A stretch of DNA of 62,504 nt, filler included, from Basidiobolus ranarum (Eukaryota): the NCBI GenBank assembly GCA_040143965.1. It is 39 parts of 39 records of this genome, joined end to end, with 100 filler letters (N's around TTAATTAATTAA, not from the genome) between each part and the next. Parts side by side here need not be neighbours in the genome. Positions count along the whole stretch, not along the records: positions 1 to 1,511 come from JASJQH010004963.1; positions 1,612 to 3,121 come from JASJQH010004964.1; positions 3,222 to 4,731 come from JASJQH010004965.1; positions 4,832 to 6,341 come from JASJQH010004966.1; positions 6,442 to 7,951 come from JASJQH010004967.1; positions 8,052 to 9,560 come from JASJQH010004968.1; positions 9,661 to 11,169 come from JASJQH010004969.1; positions 11,270 to 12,778 come from JASJQH010004970.1; 31 more parts are not named here. The stretch is one strand, 5' to 3'. A model generated the notes under the pieces. The model was not told where the DNA came from. It saw only the letters and a list, made by a program, of their open reading frames with translations, and did not search any database. Below, one piece after another: positions 1-11,769 of the stretch (position 1 is the stretch's first letter; each line of letters opens with the position of its first letter). Both the position numbers and the translations under genes were made by a program.

Positions 1-832
1 ACTGACATCAGATTGCCAAGAAGGGATGGCACAGTAGATATGATGTCATAATCTAATAATAGAAGAGTTCCATATGCAGTGGATCAGTATGCCAAGATCA
101 GAATCATGACACTGTGAAAATATCAAGAGGACAACATAAATAGCAGAAGCACATCAGCATGTACTGCTTCAAACTTGAGCAACTGCTGAATGCTCTTGTT
201 AACACTTACATTGTCCTATCTTTACTGTTTAGCATATCATGCAAAATTGATATGAATTGCTGTTAAGTACAGCATAAATTGCTTTAGTTGGATCATGATT
301 GCTTATGTCTTTATCAAGCACTGATAGTGTGAAATTTTCATGTATCAAAAAAATCAATGTAAGCCTGTTAATACAAGCAATTTCACTACAATTAAATGAA
401 AAATGTCTGTTAATAAGAAGCTTGTGTAGCTGTATTGGCTTGATAAGGCTCAATCATTTCACATTTTCACCCTATTAGAAGCTTACATGATTGAATGAAT
501 AACTTGCTGATCCAAAGATAATGGATTAAGTAATCCTGATCATTACTATTATACTGCAAACTGATCCATCATTGGGTGCTATGATTTGTTGCTGGTGTGC
601 CAAAACTAATAGTGATTCACAATGCAGGAGCCATTGGGCCCTATTGAAAATCAGGATATTGTGTTACTGAGGGACATATGATTGCCCTAAAACATGGTAA
701 TGTCTTGGTTATACATTTGATTGGGTAAGTTTCAGTATAAATTGATTATTGTCACACATTCAGTAATTGGCAAGTTATAAACTAGGGGATGAACTGGCAT
801 TGTTACTCACCCAAAGTCTTATTTTGACAATA

Positions 833-1400
833 CCCTAACAAAAATAAAATAAATTTGAACCAGGTTGGATCCACCCTTCTAAATCACAAAACTGTCAGAG
901 AACCATCACTATATTGGTGGCTTACATTCTAGCAGGGATTTTGATGGTGCAATGGCAGTTTCCTGATGGTATTCTGATGATATTCATACATGTTAAAATA
1001 TTGATCCTCTTATTGGCATGCTTTATTAATTTCTGGCAATTTTTGCAAAAAAAAATAATTTTCAAAATGCAAATTACTGGGCTTTCTGCTGCACACCTTT
1101 GAATTAGTATGCATGCCTTGATTTAGTTATTTCAGGATCTGTGTTCCAGCCATAATGAGAATCAAAAAATACAAGAATCACATTTTGTTTAGTCTCTACA
1201 TATGCACATGCCTGACTGATCAGACATAACTCAACAATATCAATATGCTTTACCACCAAATTAATTGTGTCAAAATTGCTAAACATCTGAAATTTCAAAC
1301 AGCAAAGATACTTGGCAAATAGCTGACTCTTGTTACTGTTCACAATTAGAATAAGCTATTGGATTTTGACAAATTCCATAAAGAATTCAGCCAATATATC
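833..1400 (-). mobile_element. CMC/CACTA-type DNA transposon right end plus transposase C-terminus
   Basis: Starts CCCTAACAAAAATAAAAT, as at 1401 and 39366; ORF 1104-1343 matches 35473-35676, which is contiguous with transposase sequence. Confidence 0.75.
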
Positions 1401-1511
1401 CCCTAACAAAAATAAAATCGATTTGATCCGGATCGGATCCACCCTCCAAAATAGCAAAACTGTCAGAGAACCGTCACAATATTGTTGGCTTGCATTCTGC
1501 CAGGGATTTTG
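1401..1511 (-). mobile_element. Younger copy of the same terminus inserted into the older copy
   Basis: Repeat of 833-945 that retains CpGs; uninterrupted target sequence seen at ~35581. Confidence 0.75.
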
Positions 1512-1611
1512 NNNNNNNNNNNNNNNNNNNNNNNNNNNNNNNNNNNNNNNNNNNNTTAATTAATTAANNNNNNNNNNNNNNNNNNNNNNNNNNNNNNNNN
1601 NNNNNNNNNNN
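1512..1611. other. Artificial contig linker (first of ~38; recurs every ~1.6 kb)
   Basis: N44-TTAATTAATTAA-N44 (stops in all six frames); contig lengths decrease monotonically. Confidence 0.98.
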
Positions 1612-3222
1612 TACCTCAAGACTAGACTGTTCATCAGGATTTGCAAGAGTCAGAACCCTCTGATTAAGTCCTGGAGAAGCTCCCACTTGACTGATTCTTC
1701 TTCTTGCTGGAGAATACTGCTATATTTGTTTGAAATAAAGATTTCACCTGTTGGTGACTGTCTCCCCCCTAACCCTGAAGTTAACAGAAGAGAGCCTTCA
1801 CCAAGCTGTTTCCGCGTTTACTCATTTACTAAGACCGAGGCCCACTGATGAGGACAGGCTCAAGTAACCATGAATTACCTAAGGCATTATCAACAAGCAT
1901 TAGTAAAGATGGTGAGTAAAATGTTTATGGCATTATCGGCATGTAATGCCAAAAAAGTGACACGAAAGAGATAATTAAGATTTATTTTGAATCAGAAAGT
2001 CATTGAAAATGTGAATGCACTTGTTTAGATTAGTAAGCCTGCCAAAACTTTGGATCTGAAACACCTCTCATTATTTCGACCTTCGTGATCAAGATGATTA
2101 GAAAGTGTACACAAACTGCTTGACTGATGGAACCACGGCTGTGCTCACATTACCATCTGCATATAACCAATGCACTTTCGATATAAATATCCCCTTATGT
2201 CTTTTCACATTTCTCCAGTTTACAACAGACTGTGAATCACCCTCACTCTTTTATTAGCACTACCACTAAAAAATTAGATGCACCGATAGCTACGGTACCA
2301 CTCATGCTGGGTTTAAAGCTCATAAATATGACTGATTCTAGATTTGATATTCCATTAGAGAGGTATTTTCCGATCGACTTCAATCACCGGCTTATACTAC
2401 ATCTTGAAATCAATAAACTTTACCTTTCATATTTTGCTAGGCGTAAGATAAACTTGCTCCAATTCAAGGGTCATGTCTGAAAACTTAGGTATCCAATGTT
2501 ATAAAATGAACACTCCTTATGTTGAATATCTTGAGGATTGTGAGGATAAGATACGGGAAGTGTAAAGTATACTTGGTGATTTCTTCGATTTATGTTGTAA
2601 CTGTGTAGAAATATATGTACTTATATATTCCTCTAAGAATAAGCCCTCTTAGATTGTTTCTTGATTAGCGAGTGACATCAAGCCACCAATCTGTATCACT
2701 TAATCTAGCCGAATACTATTTTCTATTAGAGTAGACTTAATCCTACATCAACACACACATCTGAAGATTTGCTTAACCACTACATATTGTATTTATTGGC
2801 AAACTCTCACACCGCAAATGAGCTTCATTTTGAATTCAACTACCAGATAATCTTTGGTTTCTCTCAGTGCTTCATCAGCAATGATAGTTATAAACCGAGT
2901 ATCTAGTTAGAAGGCAAAAGTCACATTATGACTCATATATACTTTTAGATAGATAAATTAATCGGTCATTCTCTTCAAGTGATTCCAATTCCAGATTCTA
3001 AGTTTATGCCCAAGAGAAAAGTGATAATCGAGTATGAGGTATAGAATTATCTAGACAGTAGATATTCACTGAATCAATGCAGACAAATAAGAGTATTGAG
3101 AATAGCAGTCTCTCTGGAGGCNNNNNNNNNNNNNNNNNNNNNNNNNNNNNNNNNNNNNNNNNNNNTTAATTAATTAANNNNNNNNNNNNNNNNNNNNNNN
3201 NNNNNNNNNNNNNNNNNNNNNA

Positions 3223-3530
3223 CTAAATATTCATATATCTTAATCCTAACTTAAATCTTAATTCTTCAAATTTAGGCTTGGGTAATGGTTTGGTAAGGAT
3301 GTCAGCAATCATGTCCTCAGTTGGACAGTACTGTAGTTGGATGTGCTTATTCTCAATAGCTTCCCTAACAAAGTGATGTTGAATATCAATGTGCTTACTT
3401 CTAGCATGAAATTTGGGATTTTTAGCTAAAGAAATACAACTTTGGTTATCCTTGAAAATTATGATGGGTGAACTTTGAATAATACCCAAGTCTTTGAACA
3501 GCTACCTTAACCACATAGCCTTTACAAAAA
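3223..3530 (-). pseudogene. Ty1/copia RNase H C-terminus
   Basis: DNQSCISLAKNPKFHARSKHIDIQHHFVRE...MIADILTKPL. Confidence 0.92.
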
Positions 3531-3717
3531 ATCTGTTTTCAATTGGAGCAATTGAAAAGAAACATTATGATGTCAAATCAGCCAAGGAAAAGCAACCATA
3601 TACCAATCAAAGGACTTGATAGTACCAACTGGAACAAATACTGGGAATCTATATTGCCTGGATATTGCACTAACAACTGAGACTGTTTGTAACTTTGCAA
3701 CAATTACTTCTGGAAAC

Positions 3718-3998
3718 TGTTGAAATTATTGAGGGAGAAATATTGGTCTGGCCAGATTTGAACCTGGGACCTCCTTCACTCTAGCAAGGTGCTCTAACAA
3801 CTGAGCTACCAGTCCTTGTATGCTATGCCTACATTGCTAGGGAACCTTAACCTAGTCTGTCAATGTTTTGCAATTTGGCATTTCAGCTTTACAAGCAACT
3901 GATTGGCCTTGGACTTTGTGTTCAAATGCAGTCACCTTACTCCATATTTTCCTCTTTGGGAATTACTGCTTGTACCACAAGTCACCAGACTTTCAACA
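3718..3998. mobile_element. Complete 281-bp solo LTR containing a tRNA-like module
   Basis: TGTTGAAA...TTTCAACA termini; 5-bp TSD GAAAC at 3713-3717 and 3999-4003; interrupts copia GAG-pre-integrase sequence. Confidence 0.9.
3744..3815 (-). tRNA. tRNA-like sequence within LTR (nominal anticodon AGA; probably pseudo-tRNA)
   Basis: A box TAGCTCAGT, B box GGTTCAAATC; one base deleted relative to other copies. Confidence 0.6.
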
Positions 3999-4731
3999 GA
4001 AACTTGATGACTTGGCATCAGCACTTGGGGCATCTAAACTACAATAGTGTTAAACTATTATATAAAAATAGCATATATACTGGAATGGATCTTGAGCCCT
4101 CAGATATCACTAAATGTGAAAGCTGTATTCAAGGGAAATTCACCTGAAAACCATTTCCAAAAGAAGGAGCTAACAAAGCCAAAGATTTATTGGATATTAT
4201 TCATACAGACTTATGTGGCCCATTGCAAACACTGACACCAAGTAAGTGACAATATTTACTCTTCTTTATTGATGATAAATCTGACTTCATAGTTTCATAT
4301 CTTCTGATGAGCAAAGGAGAAGTGTTTCAATATTTCAAGATATATGAAGCAATGGTCACTACTATAACAGAAAGAAAAATCAAATACCTACAAAGTGATA
4401 ATGGAACTGAATTTAGCAATGAAGCCACGACTAGCTTTTGTCAAGAAAAGAGAATTCATCAGCAATTTACTATTCCAAATAGTGCAGAACAAAATGGAGT
4501 TGCAGAAAGGATGAATAGGACTTTAGTAGAGAAAGCACATACAATGCTGATTGATTCAGATTTGCCTAAGACCTATTGGGGTGAAGCTATTTTAACAGCT
4601 ACATATCTCCAAAATAGAAGTCCAACACATAGCAACCATGACTCTAAAACTCCTATTGAAATCTGGACTGGAAACAAGCCTAATCTGAATCACCTCAGAA
4701 TTTTTGGATCAATAGTATATGCTCATATTCC
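3999..4731 (+). pseudogene. Ty1/copia GAG-pre-integrase and integrase (rve) fragment
   Basis: WHQHLGHLN...CESCIQGK; LQSDNGTEF; EQNGVAERMNRTL. Confidence 0.92.
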
Positions 4732-4832
4732 NNNNNNNNNNNNNNNNNNNNNNNNNNNNNNNNNNNNNNNNNNNNTTAATTAATTAANNNNNNNNNNNNN
4801 NNNNNNNNNNNNNNNNNNNNNNNNNNNNNNNT

Positions 4833-5400
4833 TCTTTTGGTTGGATATTGATTTGCATAAAGCTTGATCCAGAAGTCTGCCAAATACATAATTTAAGGTG
4901 AAATTTTCAATACTTGTGTGGCAGGCTATTCAGGACTGTAATCATGATATCTTGATTAGTAGTAGATACTCCAATGCATTCCATTTCATCCACTAAAATA
5001 GTGACTCTGTTAATTAGTGATTTAATATCTTCTCCTGGCTTCATCTTTAAGTTGAAGAATTGTCCTCTTAGAAACATCATTTTGGCAGCAGAACTTGTTT
5101 GTTAGGTGTCTTCCAAGGCTTTCCATACCTTCTTGGCAGTTTTAGCTCTTGAACATTGAGTTAGCAATCTGTCTCTAACATTAAGACAAATGGTGTTAAA
5201 GGTACTTTGTTCTGTTTTAACCTGGAGTAATACTTTGGTTTCAGATAGTTTTGCATTGTTTTCTACTCCTACAACAGTGTGCCAATGTCCTTTTTCTTGC
5301 TGCAGCATCTTTATTTCAACTTTCCAAACTTGATAATTGGTTTCATCCAATTTTCAGAAGAGGGAAAAGTTCCAAAGATTTGAGAAGCAGACATTACATA
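4833..5400 (-). pseudogene. Ty1/copia gag remnant
   Basis: Homologous to 45662-46260; follows LTR and PBS on minus strand. Confidence 0.8.
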
Positions 5401-5414
5401 GAGTGCAAGCTTGA

Positions 5415-5745
5415 GGCTCATAACCTGTTAAAGTATTTAGGAGCCTATTGGAAGTGGTTTGGAGAATTAGAGAAATTGGAGGGTTTCACTTGTAAATTTA
5501 TTGAGTAAAAAGCTTACATTTATAGTTTTGTCAAGATGTAAACAGACTAACTTGTAGAATGCGTTAAGTAAGGTTCCCGGAACATGTGTGCAAAGTTTAG
5601 GGCTTGTTTGAAAAATCTACACATCTGAGAACTCCTAAGTGAATTGCAATTGAGAATAATGGATAATATCTTAGTGAAATATAAGATAACTAAGTACTAA
5701 GCAATATATGACAATATAAGTGCTTAGGCAATGCTAATTTCAACA
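5415..5745 (-). mobile_element. Copia LTR family A (5426-5745) plus PBS GGTTATGAGCC (5415-5425)
   Basis: TGTTGAAATTAGCATTGC...CTTTAACA; matches 45283-45642. Confidence 0.85.
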
Positions 5746-6441
5746 AAAACTATAAATGTCAGCTTAACACTCAACAAATCAATAAGTGAACTACTTTCAA
5801 CAGGCTCCCAAATACTTTAACATATTTCAGTGGTATACTAAAGAGATACTTACCCAATATATACTGGAAGCATTGGGAACTCTTTGTAGAGATTGCCAAC
5901 ATATTATCAAGACATTTACTGACCATTGCAGACTTGAGTCAGATTCATTGGTCTTGCAAACAATTTGTGATGGAGCTTGAGCCATTGTTTTATAGACACT
6001 ACCACAATTGAAACAAACTTTGTCAATATTTTGTTTATGCTTTGCTTCATTTATGATAGTGTTAGTTGATGGACTCCTCCAGATATAAATCCTAGGTGTG
6101 AACAAGCTGAAAATGCTATGGACAAGAGATTACAGTAGTGTGCTGGATACTTATCTAATGAATTTCTAGTTTACCATGAAATAAAACAATTTGACAAGCT
6201 AGATCAAAATTAACATGCTTACGGAATATGTGTAACAAAACAAGTACAGGATAATAAACATACTTAAACCGGCCACCAGATCATAAGTAAAGTCCAGTTT
6301 CCAGTTATACTTTGGTAACCATTCAAGTAAAGGCACCCATCNNNNNNNNNNNNNNNNNNNNNNNNNNNNNNNNNNNNNNNNNNNNTTAATTAATTAANNN
6401 NNNNNNNNNNNNNNNNNNNNNNNNNNNNNNNNNNNNNNNNN

Positions 6442-6759
6442 TACAAGATCCCAGGCTTCCGTGATATCCCCCAGAGCTTCCGAGTGGATCTATTGGACGG
6501 GGTCGAGTACAATCAGCTCAAGACCATTCATGGCAGTAAGGGCATCGGAGAGCCACCATTCTTCCTGGGTACCTCTGTCTACTATGCCATTCGAGACGCA
6601 GTTGCAGCCTCTCGTAAGGAGAATGGCAACACTGCACCATTCACTCTTCCACACCCGGCCACTGCTGAGCAGATTCGCATGTCGTGTGTTGACGAGATCG
6701 CCACTCTATCGAAAATTGAGCGTAAGGAGGGGGAGAAGCCTTGGGCTATCCGAGTCTAA
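6442..6759 (+). CDS. XDH: Xanthine dehydrogenase, C-terminal fragment
   Basis: YKIPGFRDIP...SKGIGEPPFFLGTSVYYAIRDAV...HPATAEQIRMSC. Confidence 0.92.
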   Translation, partial: YKIPGFRDIPQSFRVDLLDGVEYNQLKTIHGSKGIGEPPFFLGTSVYYAIRDAVAASRKENGNTAPFTLPHPATAEQIRMSCVDEIATLSKIERKEGEKPWAIRV

Positions 6760-8051
6760 GTAGTTACAAGTACTAAGCACTTATTCCAGTGGTGATTGCA
6801 TGAGAACTTAGTTAACATCTCCATACATTGAAGACATATAGCGTTAAACTAGTCAGCATGTTTTCCTTTACAATGGCAATGTACTTCTAGCCTGCAGCTC
6901 TCAACTTTATATTTATCCAAACAATAAATTATAATTTGATCTCAAATTCTGGTATTCCTTGATGCAAGGTGTCACAATTGTGAATAACTGCTAGATATAG
7001 GTAGGATGAGAATAATCTACTATCATATGAGGTTATGTTGGTCAAATAGAAAATGATTGGAAATTCCGATAATTAATTCATTGGCGAAAATCTCAAATTC
7101 AAACATCAGTTTTCATGTGTATTGATATTGGGTTAGATAGGCAAACTCCGCCTCAGATATTTTAAATTAATCACGTTCACCTGAAAGCATCCTACTGGTG
7201 TGCTATCGCACTGATCTACTGCGGATCCTTACTAATCACTATTATGGTAGTTTTGAGAACCCCGTAAGAATGGACTGGTATACTCCTCATCAGCCATCAG
7301 CTACTACCAATGATATATTTCCTGTATATATTGAAAGTGTATATAATTTGCTTGTCTAAAGTGTTGCTGTGCAACGGGATTTGGGGTTGCTACATGTAAC
7401 ACCATTGTTTTACTAATAATCAACGTTCAACACTCAACGATTGAAAGTAATTTTATAGCTGCCCTTCGATTCGTAGTAGTTTGAGTTCGATGTGTTTGAG
7501 CAGCCAACTCTTGTTTACTCTAATGATTTCAAATACTAAAGCCACATATTAAGAGTGGCAATAAAGACTCTTTTGATGGCTCATCTCTATTTGATTTGGC
7601 TAGTAGATTGGTTCGTACACGATGTAGAGCTTAGCTACTTTTTTAATTTGTCTTCTGTCCTTATTGGTCTAGATCATATTTCCCTGACTTTTGCTCCGAT
7701 GGTATCCTTTTGGGGCTTTTCATTCACAAGGACGATTGGTTTAGGTCTTTCTCCAAAAGTAGGGCCCCACTATTCAGATACCCTATTTGCGATGCCAATT
7801 CATTCTCAATAATGTTTCATTTTCTTTCTTCCAAACATATACAAAAATAGCCGTTGCAAAACATTTAACCCTTTTCTCTACACACCGCATTGAAGCTTTG
7901 CAAACCGCTCCTTCTATGGAGGTACTGATTTAATGTATATTTGTACTGTGTNNNNNNNNNNNNNNNNNNNNNNNNNNNNNNNNNNNNNNNNNNNNTTAAT
8001 TAATTAANNNNNNNNNNNNNNNNNNNNNNNNNNNNNNNNNNNNNNNNNNNN

Positions 8052-9291
8052 CAGTGACCTCTGAACAAGACTGTAGGTTGTGGTATATTGATTCTGGAGC
8101 CTCTCAACATTTCTCTAATCAAAAAAACTGGTTTAAAACACTCAAAACTGACATAAACAAGAAGGTTTATATGGGAGATGACCGGCCACTAGAAGCTCTG
8201 GGAGTGGGAGAAATTGAAGTGGATCTTGGGGACATCTCTGGGGACATGTGTTTGACACTGAAAAATGTGCTATATGTGCCTGGGATAGCAAAAAATTTGT
8301 TATCAGTGAGTAAAGCTACATCTGAGGGATATAGCTTTAATTTTGATCAAAATGGCTGTACAATCAGGGATCAAAAAGGGAATTACATAGCTTCTGGAGC
8401 TAAGCAAAATAACTTGTATAAGCTTCATTATATTAGGCCAATATATGAACAAGTTAATACAGCCACAGCTGAAGAGATAGACTAGAAAATATGGCATAGG
8501 AGATTGGGTCATCTTGGAGCTGAAAAAATGAGAAATTGAATCAAAAACAAGATGGTTTTGGGACTAAATGTTGTAATTCCATCAGATTTGGAAATATGTG
8601 AAAGTAGCCTATTTGGTAGGCAAAACTGACAGCCATTTCTGAGCCCTGGAATGAGCAAAGTCAAACACAAATTGAGCCTGATACACTCAGATCTGTGTGG
8701 CCCAATGCAGACAAAATCCTTAGGTGGAAAAAGGTATTTTATGACCATTATTGATGATAAGACAAAGTATACTTGGGTGTACTTTCTGGCCAGTAAGGAT
8801 GAAGCCTTTGATACCTTCAAGAAATTCAAAGCAATGGTGGAGACTGAAACAGGTCTAAAGATTAAGATTATCCGTACTGATATTGGAGGGGAATATACCT
8901 CAAAACTCTTCTCTAACTTCTGCTCAACACATGGGATAAAACAGCTGACTACAGTGCCATATTCTCCACAGCAGAATCAAGTAGTAGAATGTGCAAACAG
9001 ATCAATAATAGAAAAGGCAAGATCAATGCTTCATGATCAAGATTTACCAAAACAGTTCTTGGCTGAATTGGATGCAACTGCAGTATATATTAGAAATATA
9101 TGTCCTTCTAGGTCTATTGGCTGTGACACCATATCAAGCTTGGTTTGGAAGTAAACCTGATGTGGCTAATCTCAGAGTTTTTGGAAGTACCATATATGCA
9201 GTGATTCTAGACCAGAAGAGATCAAAATTGGAACAAAAAAGCCAAAAATGTCTGTTTCTGGGATATTGTGATGGAATAAAAGGGTACCGGC
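8052..9291 (+). pseudogene. Ty1/copia protease, GAG-pre-integrase and integrase
   Basis: WYIDSGASQH; NVLYVPGIAKNLLSVS; LIHSDLCGPM; internal stops. Confidence 0.93.
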
Positions 9292-9560
9292 TGTTGAAAG
9301 TCTGGTGACTTGTGGTACAAGCAGTAATTCCCAAAGAGGAAAATATGGGGTGTGGTGGCTGCATCTGAACACAAAGTCTAAGGCCAATCAGTTGCTTGTA
9401 AAGCTGAAATGCCAAAGTACCATACATTGACAGACTAGGTTAAGGTTTGCTAGCAATATAGGCATAGCATACAAGGACTGGTAGCTCAGTGGTTAGAGCA
9501 CCTTGCTAGAGTGAAGGAGGTCCCAGGTTCAATTCCTGGCCAGACCAATATTTCTCCCTA
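9292..9560. mobile_element. tRNA-containing LTR, second copy (opposite orientation, cut by gap)
   Basis: Reverse complement of 3718-3998; begins TGTTGAAAG and interrupts the copia KGYRL region. Confidence 0.88.
9475..9547 (+). tRNA. 73-nt tRNA-like sequence in LTR (nominal anticodon AGA, short variable loop)
   Basis: GGACTGG/CCAGACC acceptor (one mismatch), GCTC/GAGC D stem, CCTTG-CTAGAGT-GAAGG anticodon arm, CCAGG-TTCAATT-CCTGG T arm. Confidence 0.7.
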
Positions 9561-9660
9561 NNNNNNNNNNNNNNNNNNNNNNNNNNNNNNNNNNNNNNNN
9601 NNNNTTAATTAATTAANNNNNNNNNNNNNNNNNNNNNNNNNNNNNNNNNNNNNNNNNNNN

Positions 9661-11169
9661 GGATCAACTTTGAAATTTGGCACTCTACCAACTGGTGTAC
9701 CCAGTTCTATGGTGAAATTAAGCTTTTTTGCCAGTATATCTGACTCTGGATATGCAGATCTATGTAATGGTGTGAAGAATTTGGTAAGTGGGACAGTAGA
9801 GCCTAAACTCCTGGGCTCCTTTGCTTATCCCTTGGGTTTACTAACTTTCTGCTCCTTCAGTACTTCTTTAGCCGCTTTTCTTTCTTCTCTAATTTGATAA
9901 TTGCATACATTTTGGAGATGTTTCATGAATAGGCCTATACTAGCCCAATTGCCATTTGCTTGCAAAACCCAGGATAAACCACATGAAATAAGTCAAGAAC
10001 CTTCAGAGTAATGCCTGGTTTTTGGTTTTCCCACAATTGGCTCAAATCCAGGTGATTTTGGGCAAGATTCCACACGGTTTCCAAAATGTTAAACCACTCA
10101 TCATCAGAGCAAGTGATGGCAGCTCTGACATTCAGGGTCTTTTGGTTTGCCGGTTTTCCTACAAGATTTCTACTTTCATGTGCCCAAGCAATTTTTGGTC
10201 ATTGTGTAGGCTTAATGGTCCAACACATATATTGCTTGGCTAGATTGTCACAGTGATGTTCATATGTATTATTTGGGATTGATTCAAATCCCATATGAGA
10301 ATGGACAGATGGAGCAGCATGTTGCTGTAGCTCAAGTACAGCATTCGGAAGGTCTTGTATCATTGTTGAGTGACTCTCTAACTGTTGACTGGTTGCTTCC
10401 AAATGCTGCATTATTTGCAATATTGCAGCGTTATTGCTTGTCATGGCCTGTATAGCAACTTTGTAGTTTTTACTTATGATTGCATACAAATCATTATGGT
10501 GTTCTGCCTGCAATTCCCTTGTTGTAATAATTCTATCCAAATTTTCCACGGAGGGTTGTTCAATAGTGGGCAAAGTAGCCATTTTGGAAGTTGATGGTCT
10601 TGACAGTGTTTTGGTTGAACTTTGCTCAACTATTGATTTACTTTATAATTGGGGTATTACAATCTCTTCACTTGCACTATAGCTGGAAATGAACACATCT
10701 GGTAAATTGATGAATGCTTCTTCATTACTTGAGTTAGCTTCTGGCCTGTTAATGCCTTCCAAAGTGGATAGTGGATTGCTAGACTGCTTATGAATTCAGC
10801 CCTTGATTTTGCTGGTTTTTTTCCTTTCATGCCAGCAGGTTTTGGCTTGGAAGCCAATTTTGATTTATATTTTCAATGGTTTTTGAATGGCATTGAAATT
10901 TTCAGATGGTAAACTTGGTGTAATAAAATTGGTTATAAACAGCTTATAACAAACCAAAATTGCCATCCACTACTGGAAATATCTTGTAAATACCCTGATG
11001 ACTCACCTGTGACACCATCTCAGAATCAGCTTATGATATTGATAGCTATACCTAAAGTACCACTCTTACATAGGAGGTGTTTTTTTTCTACAATATCCTT
11101 CTCATGCTGCAACACAAATGTTTAAAGAAGCCATGCTATTATTGTCGCAAATTCTTGTGCTATGAAAGC
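9661..11169 (-). mobile_element. CACTA-type element: accessory ORF, central promoter and transposase start
   Basis: MATLPTIEQPS...QAEHHNDLYAIISKNY repeated at ~23400, ~41500 and 55576. Confidence 0.8.
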
Positions 11170-11269
11170 NNNNNNNNNNNNNNNNNNNNNNNNNNNNNNN
11201 NNNNNNNNNNNNNTTAATTAATTAANNNNNNNNNNNNNNNNNNNNNNNNNNNNNNNNNNNNNNNNNNNN

Positions 11270-11380
11270 AGATATTCCTATTTAGAATATAGGGGCTATA
11301 GATACATTGCTTTCTGTTTCTGATATATGTATCATAACTAAAGTTAACTATGATGTTGAATAAAGATTAATTATCCAACA
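11270..11380 (-). repeat. LTR family E fragment
   Basis: Reverse complement of 61789 onward; also at 39979 and 61006. Confidence 0.75.
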
Positions 11381-11769
11381 ATAATATTACTCACAATAAA
11401 ATATTCCAGTATTGAATTTAGTTTCCACTTTAGCATGCAAACCATGTTTAGTTAATATCAATCCAAATAGGTTAACTTTTGAGGATAGGATCAGAATACT
11501 CTATTCCATCATGTACATATTCACAAAAGGAAATACTGGTCATCATACCAAATTATTCATAGATTTTCATGAGGATTTATTTAAAGACAGATTGCTTTTT
11601 ACTGATTGGCAATTGTTCATACATGTCACTGATGACATTATCACAGTTCCTATTTCATTATGCAAGTGATGTGCACATCAATATCAGATTGCAATTTTGT
11701 GTCTGCAGAGAATGGATTGCAGACTCATAAAATTCCTTCACATGTATTCTCTGCTAGACATTGGAAACA

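Noticed and set aside
1556-1567. Regularly spaced TTAATTAATTAA palindromes (CRISPR-like periodicity)
   Set aside because: Always centred in N runs; artificial assembly linker
5827-6105. ORF with CFNC, possible zinc finger
   Set aside because: Second ligand pair incomplete; CpG-free repeat context; cannot assign
9506-9508. CTA (amber suppressor) anticodon reading
   Set aside because: The stem register puts CTA at loop positions 32-34; the central triplet is AGA
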